Shown: piece by piece, positions 1-9,741 of the stretch
Numbering within the stretch: position 1 is the stretch's first letter
Layout: each line of letters starts with the position of its first letter
Source: Myxococcota bacterium
GTDB taxonomy: Bacteria > Myxococcota_A > SURF-8
Direction of reading: 5' to 3'
Assembly (NCBI GenBank): GCA_965140415.1
Contig: OZ223209.1
Span: 544,001 to 608,000, forward strand
Length of the DNA: 64,000 bases
The notes under the pieces: model-generated
Database searches by the model: none
Told to the model about the DNA's origin: nothing
What the model saw: the letters and a program-made list of their open reading frames with translations, nothing else
Position numbers and translations under genes: made by a program

Positions 1-172
1 AACGGCAGTGAAACGTTGTCGGGCGCTCGCCCTCCTGAAAGCAAAGGTGCTTCGGATCGTAAAGATAGTCGCTCTGGTAGCGTTCCAAGTCGCTGTGTTC
101 CGTATCGATAGCCGGATCGGCCATGGAAACGAGCGTGTATTCATGCATAGTTTTCACGCTTGAAATCGTCAT
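1..172 (-). CDS. Partial CDS (runs off left edge); phage tail-region protein, position typical of a tail assembly chaperone
   Basis: Not in ORF track; ATG at 172 preceded by TAAGGA, open to the edge (MTISSVKTMHEYTLVSMADPAIDTEHSDLERY...); directly follows tail tube gene. Confidence 0.6.
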   Translation of the reverse strand, partial: MTISSVKTMHEYTLVSMADPAIDTEHSDLERYQSDYLYDPKHLCFQEGERPTTFHCR

Positions 173-197
173 CGTAGAATCCTTATGTTATGGGAAG

Positions 198-1433
198 TTA
201 ACTTTGAGTAGTGCCGCAAAAAGCCAGGGTCCAGTCGCCAACGCCGTCTATATCGCAACAAACCGGAGCGAATCCGATTTCCATCCCCAACAGACCGTTG
301 ATCTTCTGCTCTTTAATCGAGCGCAGCTCGGCGGCTGGAGCATGAAATCCGATCCCGTTGGCGGCATTGCCTACAATCCAGGAGATGTCGACTTTATCCC
401 CGGATTGCAATCGCAGCATATGCTCGGCATCCCAGTACACCACCGCTTTTCCCTGTGTGGCGATGCGGGTCAGAGCGAAGCCGTGTCGTCCTGTAGCGGA
501 TGTAGCATCGACGATCTCTCCCCATTCGTTACCGATGGAAAGAGAAAAACTCTGATACGCCACCGGCAGTCCGTTGATTCTGAAATCGGCACTTAAGGCG
601 CGCAGATCAGCCGGGGAAACGGGCCAACTTGTCGCACCATCGGCTTTGGAAATTGTTGGTGATCCGGTCAAGGCGCTGTACTGATCGCCTTTCAGTTCGT
701 AGCCAAGCAGCACACGTTTTCCGGCGCTGCTGTCCTCGATCGAAAGATCGCCGACCAGGCCGGAATAGGTCCAGACCGGTTGCGAGCCGGAAACGGAAAG
801 CCCGCTGATTTGCAGGCAGCAGGAACCCGGCGAATCGCTGCCGGGTTGGCATTGCGTCGCGGCGTAGAGCAGGCCCTCGTCGGTCGGTGTATCGTCGAGC
901 TGCCAGTTGTCTCCGCCAAACCAATGCCCCGAGATACGGACATCGCGCTGGATGTTGTCGATAAAGGAAATCCAGCGTCCTTGAGCATTGTCGCTGCCAT
1001 CGGGATCGACAAACACCAGCCCACCCAAGGTAAGCGAATTACCGGGAAGGGCTTGTGCGACTCGCACGATATCGCTGCTTCCGGAAGCAATGTTTAGCCC
1101 GCTGTCCGACTGCACCTGACTGAAACAACAACGGGTGAGCTTGTCGAGTTCAGGGCAAAGCTCTGCCGTCATGCCGGATGCCGCAGCTATGCCGCCTCCG
1201 CGTGCAGGCAGCTTCATTTTAACGGAGCAGGAAGACGCACCCGGCAGACCGGCGGTATTTCCCAAATCGGCTCGGATCGTCTCCCGTTTCAGGAATTCTG
1301 TTTTTCCTTGATGGTCGAAGCCATCCTGCTCGGGTCGAATCTCCTGATAGGCGGATGCATCCGAGCGGAACTGGCCGTAAGTTGTTTCCGGCGCTACGAG
1401 CACTTCGTAGCGGTCGGCAATGTATGCACACAT
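198..1433 (-). CDS. Phage tail tube protein (putative)
   Basis: 411 aa; N-terminal VAPETTYG motif typical of tail tube proteins; beta-rich; follows head-tail genes. Confidence 0.65.
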   Translation of the reverse strand: MCAYIADRYEVLVAPETTYGQFRSDASAYQEIRPEQDGFDHQGKTEFLKRETIRADLGNTAGLPGASSCSVKMKLPARGGGIAAASGMTAELCPELDKLTRCCFSQVQSDSGLNIASGSSDIVRVAQALPGNSLTLGGLVFVDPDGSDNAQGRWISFIDNIQRDVRISGHWFGGDNWQLDDTPTDEGLLYAATQCQPGSDSPGSCCLQISGLSVSGSQPVWTYSGLVGDLSIEDSSAGKRVLLGYELKGDQYSALTGSPTISKADGATSWPVSPADLRALSADFRINGLPVAYQSFSLSIGNEWGEIVDATSATGRHGFALTRIATQGKAVVYWDAEHMLRLQSGDKVDISWIVGNAANGIGFHAPAAELRSIKEQKINGLLGMEIGFAPVCCDIDGVGDWTLAFCGTTQS

Positions 1434-1456
1434 CGAATAGTCTCCCTGATTCGTGG

Positions 1457-1909
1457 TTAAGCCGGTTCATCCACCAGCAGGTAAAAGCGATGCTGAAAGC
1501 GCAGGTAAGGTTCTTCCAAGGTGTCGATATCGGAATCCACATGCTGAACCAGTCGCACGAGTGGTGAGGCGTAATGTGCCGTGTCTTCCAATTCTTTGCG
1601 AAACAGATCACATTCCGCCGAGAAATATTGTTCCACCAGGTGTGTATGTGTGGACAACGGATACAACACACGGATCGTCAGTTTCACCTCAAAAGCGCGA
1701 AGTTCCGTCCCTGCTATGGCTGCGGGTTGCTGCTGCTGTATGGATATGGAAAAGCAGCGGAAATCCTGGGTGGAATGTGGCTGCTTCCCATTTTGAGCGG
1801 GTATCCGCTGATATCCACGGTTCCATGGTGAACGGGCGACATGTGAAAACGGAGTCAGGTTTTCAAGTTGCTGTGCCATACCCTGTACCTGATCGCTAAG
1901 CGTGCTCAT
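1457..1909 (-). CDS. Phage tail completion/terminator-like protein
   Basis: 150 aa between connector and tail tube, 4-nt overlap with upstream gene; assignment by position and size. Confidence 0.45.
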   Translation of the reverse strand: MSTLSDQVQGMAQQLENLTPFSHVARSPWNRGYQRIPAQNGKQPHSTQDFRCFSISIQQQQPAAIAGTELRAFEVKLTIRVLYPLSTHTHLVEQYFSAECDLFRKELEDTAHYASPLVRLVQHVDSDIDTLEEPYLRFQHRFYLLVDEPA

Positions 1910-2622
1910 GGCTGCAACCTCACTACCAGCTTGTTTTCGACTCCGTCATCAATGACATCGTTTTGATTGTGATCCATTTCCGAACGTGCCATCAATTCCT
2001 GAAAACCCTGTTCATACTGCTCTCGCCATTGTTGCTGCTTGTGCCAGTGACCGGAATCCTGCCCGGATGCCGACCGCAGATAAATCAAACTCAAGGTCAA
2101 CAGGCGGTGACAACGATCCAGCCCCGCCTTGTTACGTACCAAGCCCGGTGATACACCACGAGCGCGTAAGTGAAGCCGAATGTGTTCTTCCGCTTCGGCG
2201 ATCAATTCCTGAAAATCCGGTGAAAGTTGGTCGTCTTCATAAGACAGCGCCGGGGAAAGAGCCAGTAAATCTGCGCTCGTCAGTTGTGAGCGCCAGGGAT
2301 CGGCAAGCACATCGAAATAAAACACACGCCGGTATTGGCTTTGATCGACCGTAAAGGAAATCTCTGCTCGATAATTGCTGCCAATGGGCCATTGGTCAGT
2401 GTCGCTGGTGTCCAGCTCGATCTCGAACCGCTGCAAATCAGCGTTCCAGTTGGCCGATTGAGCACTTGCAACAAGAGAATTCCCACGTGGATTCCAAATA
2501 TCAAACTGGCCCTGTAACGGTGCTTCGGGATCGCTTTGTAATTCACGATTGTTTACGACAGGCCGGAAAAACAATTGTTCGGACGGAGATCCGCTGCGGA
2601 TTTCATCGGTATAGTAAAGCAT
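1906..2622 (-). CDS. Phage head-tail connector/adaptor-like protein with N-terminal beta domain
   Basis: 238 aa; C-terminal helical part (FQELIAEAEEHIRLHLRARG...LSLIY...QYEQ) resembles adaptor proteins; operon position. Confidence 0.55.
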   Translation of the reverse strand: MLYYTDEIRSGSPSEQLFFRPVVNNRELQSDPEAPLQGQFDIWNPRGNSLVASAQSANWNADLQRFEIELDTSDTDQWPIGSNYRAEISFTVDQSQYRRVFYFDVLADPWRSQLTSADLLALSPALSYEDDQLSPDFQELIAEAEEHIRLHLRARGVSPGLVRNKAGLDRCHRLLTLSLIYLRSASGQDSGHWHKQQQWREQYEQGFQELMARSEMDHNQNDVIDDGVENKLVVRLQP

Positions 2623-2645
2623 GGTGCGTCCTTTGTATAAGCAGG

Positions 2646-4100
2646 TTAGGGTAGCGATAGCACGTGGAGTACTGCTTTCCAGTTGATGCTAGTTGCCGCC
2701 GTACCGGTGACAAGTAGCTCGGCAGCCTGCTCGCTAGTATTGACACTAAGCGTTGCGTTCCAGTCTGCGTTGCTTTCCGATGCAAACATTGAGAGCGTAC
2801 TTCCCTGCTGGGTCACATCCGCACCGATTCCACGGTAAAACAAACCCTTTATGCAATAAACGGCGTGGTGGTCATCTCCCTGCTTGACAAGGATGCGGGC
2901 TTCTACGAGCTTGGTTTCTCCCTCGGCAAGGGCAACCGTGGCAAGAGCAGTAGCCGTTGCATCCGTCGTGGTGATCTCATGCGTAGAAATGCTGTCGAAG
3001 CCGTCTAGGCCATCGATTTCGGAATGTAGATGCATTGGAAATGGTACGCTGCAAATCGGAGATTGATCCGCGTCTAGATCGCCTGCGCCATCCCCTATGA
3101 TGTCACTGTAATCACGCTCGACAAGCGTTGTCGTCTGCCCGTGCTTGATTGGCCAGGTGGGAGTACCCAATAGGGCTACGGTTTCAAAACCGCTGCTTGA
3201 TTCGGGATATTCCGGTGCGCCGTAAACCATAGTCGTGGCTACAAGATAAAAATCGTTTGTGCGTGTGCTATCTTGTGTCCAGTTAACGCCGTCGCTGGAG
3301 TATTTGTAAATCGAGGAAAAGTCCGTTGGACTGGGAAGATCGCCACAACATACGCAACCGGGGCCGTCTACAACAATCCAAACCGATGCACCCGCAGCTA
3401 ACGGAATGTTCACGTAGAAGACATGTTCGCTACCCCGATCGTAGTAAAAACTGGCCCAGTCTTTATTAACGGTTGCAACCATGTTTTCAGACGTAGGCTC
3501 ATCGGGATTCGTCCCCGAGCCGCATGAATGCACACTGTAGGTTCCGTTGGCCCAGTTGTAATAATCTGGAGCCGCCCGAATACCGAGTGAAATAATATTT
3601 CGATCCGTATCCGTATTGTTTGTGAGCTTGAAGGCGCGGATCACATTGCACACGGGGGTTAGGTTGCTGAGCGGCGGAAGAGTGGAGTTGTTGATAAGTT
3701 CGGAGCTACCCCCAGAAACTTCCGATCCTTTCTTTACACGAGTAATGCCGCTGACTGGATCGTACTCCAGAATTCCGAGCGCTGCCATGCCCGAATTGAC
3801 GGGAAACGGTGCAGTGCTTTGCCAGGTGGCGGGAAGTTGCTCGTTTGCTATGCCGTTTACCGTGCCCGAGCAAAGATCGAAGCGCAAAGGGCCAAGATTT
3901 TGCAGGATAGGTTGAGCATGTTCCGGGTAAGCGCGTCCACGAATGTTACCATTCTGATCGCGCAAAAGAGGAACAGATGCATCGATCTGCATTGAAGCAA
4001 ACGGAACATGCTGAGCTACCAACGGAAAGCGATGACTGTCCAACGCTTTGCCGTGCGAGAAACCGTCGCATTTCTTTTCAAAACTGTTCAGTTGAGGCAT
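2646..4100 (-). CDS. Virion fibre/spike-like protein
   Basis: Start reassigned to ATG 4100 (MPQLNSF, AGGTG RBS, 7 nt after upstream stop); beta-rich; C-terminal TTTDATAT...VTGTAATSINWKA domain resembling phage fibre C-termini. Confidence 0.5.
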   Translation of the reverse strand: MPQLNSFEKKCDGFSHGKALDSHRFPLVAQHVPFASMQIDASVPLLRDQNGNIRGRAYPEHAQPILQNLGPLRFDLCSGTVNGIANEQLPATWQSTAPFPVNSGMAALGILEYDPVSGITRVKKGSEVSGGSSELINNSTLPPLSNLTPVCNVIRAFKLTNNTDTDRNIISLGIRAAPDYYNWANGTYSVHSCGSGTNPDEPTSENMVATVNKDWASFYYDRGSEHVFYVNIPLAAGASVWIVVDGPGCVCCGDLPSPTDFSSIYKYSSDGVNWTQDSTRTNDFYLVATTMVYGAPEYPESSSGFETVALLGTPTWPIKHGQTTTLVERDYSDIIGDGAGDLDADQSPICSVPFPMHLHSEIDGLDGFDSISTHEITTTDATATALATVALAEGETKLVEARILVKQGDDHHAVYCIKGLFYRGIGADVTQQGSTLSMFASESNADWNATLSVNTSEQAAELLVTGTAATSINWKAVLHVLSLP

Positions 4101-4107
4101 GGCGCAC

Positions 4108-4665
4108 CTATGCAATCGTATAAATGTTAAGCACAACGCCTTCACCGTTTTGTTCTGCATCGAGATACACACCTGCAAGATCGATTCGGCTACCGGCTGG
4201 ACAAGTAATGGTGTAGGATTCACCCGCTTCCAAAGGTGCAACTGGCAAACTGCTGTAGTGCACGGAGCTATTGCCGACAAATACCTTGCCGAGATTGTTC
4301 GACTTTGCGGTGATATCAACACGCCAGGTATAACTTGAACCGGCGGCTAGTGGTACCGGCGTTCCCGCGCTTGTGACCGTAACGGCTTGTGATGCAATGG
4401 AAAGTGTGGAGGCGTCCGGTGCAAGTTGTACGCTAGGTTGCGCAGCGATGGTTACGGCGGAAGTGTCGCAGAGAGTGACTTTGCCATCCAGCGAATCCAG
4501 CGCGCTACGGATATCCGGGGAATTGGTTTCATACACATGCAAATCGCCGTCTTCATCGACCTGCGCTCGGTGTTCGCCGCTTGCGTCTTTCAATTCGACT
4601 GCACCAAAGGAAACGTCGGCCATCTCCAATGTGATATCGGTATTCGGGTAGGTTTTTTCCGCCAT
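4108..4665 (-). CDS. Phage structural protein (head decoration/fibre base-like)
   Basis: Start at ATG 4665 with GGAGGT RBS; beta-rich C-terminal domain (ITAKSNNLGKVFVG...PLEAGES). Confidence 0.5.
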   Translation of the reverse strand: MAEKTYPNTDITLEMADVSFGAVELKDASGEHRAQVDEDGDLHVYETNSPDIRSALDSLDGKVTLCDTSAVTIAAQPSVQLAPDASTLSIASQAVTVTSAGTPVPLAAGSSYTWRVDITAKSNNLGKVFVGNSSVHYSSLPVAPLEAGESYTITCPAGSRIDLAGVYLDAEQNGEGVVLNIYTIA

Positions 4666-4667
4666 GC

Positions 4668-4946
4668 TTACCTCCAACTCATAGCGACGTTGACAGATGC
4701 GTCGGTCAAATCGCTGGCCACGGCGCGGACTTCATACCAACCGTAGTTTTCCAGGTTCACTTCACCGCTTTCACTCAAGGTTTCGATGTCGATCCAGTCC
4801 GCACCCGCCTGTCGTGCCTGAATGGCACAGCTTGCGCTTCCTGTTATGGCGACTGCAAACAGCATACGCTCATATAGCGCGGCAGGCTGTGCCGCACCTT
4901 CGGTGTCTTGCGTGCATTGCAAGATGGTTTTGGAGTGGTATCCCAT
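4668..4946 (-). CDS. Small phage structural protein
   Basis: 92 aa, AAAGGAA RBS, tightly coupled to next gene. Confidence 0.55.
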   Translation of the reverse strand: MGYHSKTILQCTQDTEGAAQPAALYERMLFAVAITGSASCAIQARQAGADWIDIETLSESGEVNLENYGWYEVRAVASDLTDASVNVAMSWR

Positions 4947-4975
4947 ATTCGTTCCTTTCCGTTCGTAAAGGTGGG

Positions 4976-5018
4976 GCGGTTAAGACCGGATACCCAAAGG
5001 AGATCCGGTCTTAACCGC
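4976..5018. other. Perfect 16-bp stem-loop inside the structural operon
   Basis: GCGGTTAAGACCGGAT-N11-ATCCGGTCTTAACCGC; no clear U-tract. Confidence 0.75.
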
Positions 5019-5047
5019 TGGGAGTCGATCCCTAAAGGAGAAGACTT

Positions 5048-5404
5048 TTAGCAGGAGAAAGAGAGCAGATAGGTGAAAGAGGGCGTGTCACTCCCTCCGA
5101 TGGTGGCGTCGTAGCGATAGTAGCGGTACTTCTGAGCACCGATGGCCGCCTGAATCTTTCCGCTATCCGTGATCTGCGGCAAAGACAGAATCTCGGTCCA
5201 GCTATCGCCGTCTTCAGAACCTTCAATAGCGATATCCAAAGTCGGCGAGGTGCCGCTTACATCGCTGACGAAGGCTTGCACCATGCAGGTTTCCGGCAAA
5301 CTGCCGAAGTCGTTGCTGTCACCGGTCGTGCTCGAGGTCTGCTCGCCCGCCGCTTTAAGCAGCAGCTCATCGTCGTAGCGGGAGCGCGTTCGTTGCTGGC
5401 TCAT
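5048..5404 (-). CDS. Capsid cement/decoration protein (putative)
   Basis: 118 aa all-beta protein immediately after major capsid; IEGSEDG..W and KYRYYR pattern reminiscent of Bbp16-like cement proteins. Confidence 0.55.
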   Translation of the reverse strand: MSQQRTRSRYDDELLLKAAGEQTSSTTGDSNDFGSLPETCMVQAFVSDVSGTSPTLDIAIEGSEDGDSWTEILSLPQITDSGKIQAAIGAQKYRYYRYDATIGGSDTPSFTYLLSFSC

Positions 5405-5419
5405 TATTGATTCTCCTTG

Positions 5420-6328
5420 TTAGCTGGTTTGGGTGACGCCCTGCAAGCGGGCCGCCGATTTGGGATGCAGAATGACGAACGAGGCCAGCCATTCGATTAC
5501 CGTCAGGTAGCGCAGGTCGCTTTGCAGACCCATGTCGATGACGTCCATCACGTGATCCTGCACGCCGCTGATATATTCCTCCGCTCCGAAGCGCACGGCG
5601 TAAATCGAACCGCAGGTGTCGCCGGAGCCGCAGCTTTCGTCGAAACCGAGGATGTCGTCGCCGCTCTGATCTTCTTCCACGATGCGGATGGGAACGCCGC
5701 CATACATTGTCACCTGGCGACCGAATGCGTCTTCGCCATAGGAAATGCGCCCGTCGGTTCGCAATAGCTTGGTGACTTCGCGCCGCATGGCTTTGCTCAT
5801 CAGCAGCATGTCCGGCATTCCGGCTACGGAATCGATCAGGTCGTCCAGCATGGCTACCGTCAACGCCGCACCGTTATCACCGGCGGTGATCACCTGGTTG
5901 CCGGTCAAGCGGGCGTTCAGTCCATCGAACTGGCGCGGATCGCTGTTGGAGTTTCCGTCAAAGAACATGCGGGTAAAAAACAGCGCCGCCGCTTTGGCTT
6001 TCAGGCGGTCGTGAATGGCGCGCAGTTCGCCCACCGTTTCGCCGCGTTCGCCGACCAGCGCGCGGTCAACCTGGGATTTGCCACCGAAGATCTTGGTGGT
6101 TTCCACGTTCTGCTGCAACACGCCGGTGGATTCGGTGTAATCCTCGTTGATGCCACGAAAGGCGATGCCAGGCAGAATTTCCTCGCGGTTGTATTTGAAT
6201 ACGCCGCCGGGCACGTTGATAAAGGGCATGGCCTCCAGAATGGGCGAGACCATGGGGAAGACTTCGACCACGTTTCGTTTGATGAAGTCGGTTTCCAGTT
6301 TGGCGGCTTCTAAAAGCGTTAACGCCAT
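5420..6328 (-). CDS. Major capsid protein (HK97 fold)
   Basis: 302 aa; MALTLLEAAKL, SPILEAMPF, FRGINEDYTESTG, FDGLNAR, SIYAVRFG, HPKSAARLQGV motifs; follows scaffold. Confidence 0.9.
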   Translation of the reverse strand: MALTLLEAAKLETDFIKRNVVEVFPMVSPILEAMPFINVPGGVFKYNREEILPGIAFRGINEDYTESTGVLQQNVETTKIFGGKSQVDRALVGERGETVGELRAIHDRLKAKAAALFFTRMFFDGNSNSDPRQFDGLNARLTGNQVITAGDNGAALTVAMLDDLIDSVAGMPDMLLMSKAMRREVTKLLRTDGRISYGEDAFGRQVTMYGGVPIRIVEEDQSGDDILGFDESCGSGDTCGSIYAVRFGAEEYISGVQDHVMDVIDMGLQSDLRYLTVIEWLASFVILHPKSAARLQGVTQTS

Positions 6329-6358
6329 GGGTAATTTCTCCTTGTGATGGGCGGTCCG

Positions 6359-6841
6359 TTACTGAGTTTTATAATTACGGGCCGCAAGTTGTTGCGTACT
6401 GGCTCCGGCGGTGTTCCGGCTGGCGGCCACCAGCGGAGCGCAAGGGATAGTCGCTGCCGCACCCTCCGGTGTGACAGTCGGGGAATTGAAGAAATAGGGA
6501 ACTTCGCTTTGAATCCGCTTGAACCATTCGTCAAGCTGTTCGGCATCGTCGGATTCTGGCAGACCTTTTCCGTTGATTGCAGTTATAAACGTGTCGATGT
6601 CTACGCAACCGGCTTGTTGCGCGCGCAATTCCAGTTTGTGTTTCACGTTCAGCGAATCCAGCGACTGCTGTAGCTGTGTGGCCTTCTGCTCGCTTTCTTC
6701 GCGTGCTGCGGCGGCTTTGCGCATGTCGGCTTTCAGACGTTTTACGTACTGCTTGTCTTCATCGGGCAGTCCGTTTTTCTGCATGTCGGCAAGTTGTTGT
6801 TCCAATTCTTCAATTCGTTGTAAGGCTTCAGATAGATCCAT
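6359..6841 (-). CDS. Capsid scaffolding protein
   Basis: Start at ATG 6841 with GGAGG RBS; coiled-coil, C-terminal PYFF motif; between portal and capsid. Confidence 0.75.
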   Translation of the reverse strand: MDLSEALQRIEELEQQLADMQKNGLPDEDKQYVKRLKADMRKAAAAREESEQKATQLQQSLDSLNVKHKLELRAQQAGCVDIDTFITAINGKGLPESDDAEQLDEWFKRIQSEVPYFFNSPTVTPEGAAATIPCAPLVAASRNTAGASTQQLAARNYKTQ

Positions 6842-6960
6842 GCTTCTCCTCCAAGAAACGGGGACAGAACGCACGCGGGCCTCCGCCCGGCGTACAGGGC
6901 AAAATGTGTTAGGAAATTATTGTTTCGATTGATTGATGGAAAACGGATATCGAACAGATA

Positions 6961-8400
6961 TCAGGGAGTGCTCGCAAGCATGCTGTCTTCACGATGGCGG
7001 CTATACAGTTCACGCGCCTGTTCCTGATCGATGCCAAGACGTTCGGATAGAATTTCCACCGGGGAGCGCAAACCAAGACTAATTTCGCGTTCCAGGTTTT
7101 TCAATTCTTCTTCTTTGGATAGTGGAATCACCTGTTCCGGGAAGGTTACGCTCAGATGCGTGTCTTTCAGATCGGAGGCGCCATCGAAGTCGCCCAGTAG
7201 CGCCAGTTCCCGCAGAATCGGCCACAGGTCTTCCTCTTCGATGGGCAGCAGCCGGTCGATCAGATCCTGGCGGTATTCGATTTCCGGCTGCTTGTCGTGA
7301 AATTTGGCCACGCCGGAAAGCAGTTCCACATCAAAGGTAAAAGCGGATGGTATGATCTCGTTGGACTGAGCAAACAGCTTCAGGAAAAAGAGCAGGTTCT
7401 GATTACGCTCCGCTTCGCGCGCTTGCACCGCCAGGGGTGTCAGCCGCTTGTCGTCATCTCCCAGGCAGATAATCGCTCCCGCACCGGTCGCTGGATTGGC
7501 TGTGCCCAGTTCTTCGGAGCTGCCATTAAAAACGTAAGCCGGAAAATCGGTCTGGCGCGAATTCATCGCGCCGCGTGTCAGTTCATGATCGAGCCAGTGA
7601 GCGGCGTGAAGCAGGCTGTGGGGCACGTCCGGAAAGAGTTCCGCACCGACCGGTTCATCTTTTCTCAATAGCACGAAAGGATAGCGATCCATACCGTTAT
7701 ACGCAGACCATTCCGCTGGCTGCGTCGTTAGCGGCACGAAGTTTTCATCCAGGCGTTCGACGTGCAGTCTGCGTCCGCCTTTCGGCTTGGGTTGCAGGCG
7801 ATAGCGCACGTAACCTACTGCTGTCCCGCCGCTTAAGGGCGAATCGGGTTTGTCGCCAAGCGGAATCATAATGCTATCCGCTTCCTGAAGGTTGGTCGGG
7901 TCCGTGCCGCTCTGCTCCACGATGAGTTGATGCGGAGGCAGTACGCTGATCACCGGGCAGTGTCGCCGGAAGTCGATTTGCACCCACAGCACCGAACAGT
8001 TGAGCAGTTCATATAATCGTAGCGCCCATTTCATGCGTGCATTCAGGCGGCATTGCCGCAGCAGGCGACGGGAAACGGCTTGTGCGGGATGGTCTTCCGG
8101 CAGTGGCGAACGTTCGGCGTCTAGCAGCATGCGTTTCGGTGGAATGCGATACAGCTTGGCCTTGGTATCCACCACCTTTCGCAGCAGGTTTACCGTCAAC
8201 AGATTCTGCGTCATCTGATCCGCGTTATTGGGATACAATCGGCGCAGGCGGCGGCGCAGGTCATCCATGCTGGAGTCGTTGTCTAAATAGCGATCCAGTA
8301 ATTCCTCGCAGTTGCTCGCCCATGCGCTATGGGCTGCGGCGCGGGCGCGTTGCTGATCCTGCGCAAACGTAGAGCGCCAGTCTTTTCCGAACAAGTGCAT
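6961..8400 (-). CDS. Phage portal protein
   Basis: 479 aa directly after terL; NLLRKVVDTKAKLY, LSGVA, VTFPEQVIP, C-terminal LGLRSPVEIL pattern of SPP1-like portals. Confidence 0.8.
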   Translation of the reverse strand: MHLFGKDWRSTFAQDQQRARAAAHSAWASNCEELLDRYLDNDSSMDDLRRRLRRLYPNNADQMTQNLLTVNLLRKVVDTKAKLYRIPPKRMLLDAERSPLPEDHPAQAVSRRLLRQCRLNARMKWALRLYELLNCSVLWVQIDFRRHCPVISVLPPHQLIVEQSGTDPTNLQEADSIMIPLGDKPDSPLSGGTAVGYVRYRLQPKPKGGRRLHVERLDENFVPLTTQPAEWSAYNGMDRYPFVLLRKDEPVGAELFPDVPHSLLHAAHWLDHELTRGAMNSRQTDFPAYVFNGSSEELGTANPATGAGAIICLGDDDKRLTPLAVQAREAERNQNLLFFLKLFAQSNEIIPSAFTFDVELLSGVAKFHDKQPEIEYRQDLIDRLLPIEEEDLWPILRELALLGDFDGASDLKDTHLSVTFPEQVIPLSKEEELKNLEREISLGLRSPVEILSERLGIDQEQARELYSRHREDSMLASTP

Positions 8401-8409
8401 CGTGCCTCC

Positions 8410-9741
8410 TTAGAGATAGGGAACGAGTTTAAGCCGTTCGCGGCTGAAGGGGTGTTCGTCGGCCACGTAGTAATCCAGCGCGTCGCCGCAGTGATCCAGC
8501 ACGAAACGCGGATCGCCGGGGTCGCGCACTTTTTCCTTTTCGAAACTGCCGGGTATGAAAAGCGACTGTTCCAGGCTGCGTATCAGGTATTTGCAGTGCG
8601 GCGCAATGAATAGACGGCTTTCTCCCAGGGTGTTCTTGAACAGAAAGTTCACGGCGTTGGTTCTGTCGCGGACGGACGGATTCGCCGAGCGCGCCTTCAC
8701 GCGGATTTTAAAATCCGGCAGATGGCCGAGCCGTTCGCGAATGATGGCATAGTCGCTGCCTTTGCCGCGATGATCGCGGGCGTAGCCGGTGGCGTCGCCG
8801 TGAATGCGCAATCCGGCGCGATGATCCCCGTATTTTCGTAGGATTTCATTGCATAGTTCCGCCGTGTCCGATCCGTGGCGCAGCACGATTTCGTCAACTA
8901 CCTCACAGCGGGTGGGACTGGGATTCTGCATGGCCAGCGCCACCATGAAATCGACGTTGAAATCGAAACTGAAATGCAGCGGTAATCCGGCCCGGTAACA
9001 AATGTTGCTATCCAAATGCCGCTCGCGATCGAAATTTCGGTACACGCGACCGCGAGAAATCGTTCCAGTGTGGCCCTCCAAATAGACCTGGGCGTACTCG
9101 TCATCGACAAGCTGCCGGATCGACTCGATATAGTCGGGTTTCTGCTCCAGTAAAAAGTGGTTTTCGCTGGTGGCTGCACGGATATAGCGAAAATTCGGCA
9201 ACACATTATCCGGCTCGATAAAGGTTCGATACAGATGACCGTAATGTTCTTCCGGGTTGCTGGTGATGAACATGCGGTAGCGCCGGGGAAGACGTTTGGA
9301 AATGCGTCGATAGTTACTGTGACGCAGGCGTGCCATCAGCGCGCGAAAGGTCGTCGCCGGTACTTGAGCGCCCTCTTCTACGTGAATCCAGTTGAACTCC
9401 ATGGAGCTAAGCCGTTGTGGTTGTGACAGGTGCCGGAACCAGATCTGCGAACCGTTTTTCAGTACAAGGTTGTCCGGGGAGCGGTTCCAGCGCTTGACCT
9501 GATCTTTTGGAACGAGTTCCCGCCAGCGCTCGCGGGTCGTGTCGTGCAGCAAAGTGTAGGTGGCTGCGCCAACAAGACCGCGACTGCCTGGATACAGGCG
9601 CGAGAGCAGATAACCCAATAGCACTCCGACCGTCGTCTTGCCGCTGCCCACTCCGCCTTGATACAGGGCGACATCGGTGGGAAGTTCGTGCGGCACCTCG
9701 ATCAGTGCCTTTTGAGATGGAAGCAGGCTAAAAGTCGTCAA
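8410..9741 (-). CDS. terL: Terminase large subunit
   Basis: Walker A GGVGSGKT, Walker B-like WIHVEE, coupling motif TSNP, nuclease motifs SFDFN and DHCGDALDY. Confidence 0.92.
   Translation of the reverse strand: MTTFSLLPSQKALIEVPHELPTDVALYQGGVGSGKTTVGVLLGYLLSRLYPGSRGLVGAATYTLLHDTTRERWRELVPKDQVKRWNRSPDNLVLKNGSQIWFRHLSQPQRLSSMEFNWIHVEEGAQVPATTFRALMARLRHSNYRRISKRLPRRYRMFITSNPEEHYGHLYRTFIEPDNVLPNFRYIRAATSENHFLLEQKPDYIESIRQLVDDEYAQVYLEGHTGTISRGRVYRNFDRERHLDSNICYRAGLPLHFSFDFNVDFMVALAMQNPSPTRCEVVDEIVLRHGSDTAELCNEILRKYGDHRAGLRIHGDATGYARDHRGKGSDYAIIRERLGHLPDFKIRVKARSANPSVRDRTNAVNFLFKNTLGESRLFIAPHCKYLIRSLEQSLFIPGSFEKEKVRDPGDPRFVLDHCGDALDYYVADEHPFSRERLKLVPYL

Noticed and set aside
4101-4322. N-terminal extension of the 558-aa ORF, and similar extensions (14497-14919, 21012-21164, 10172-10249)
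   Set aside because: They overlap neighbouring genes or terminators; better starts with RBS or family-typical N-termini lie downstream
5420-6328. Encapsulin or contractile injection system interpretation
   Set aside because: Terminase, portal and scaffold indicate DNA packaging; no sheath or baseplate genes seen in the window
2646-6328. Diversity-generating retroelement suggested by BPP-1-like capsid/cement resemblance
   Set aside because: No reverse transcriptase and no TR/VR repeat pair seen
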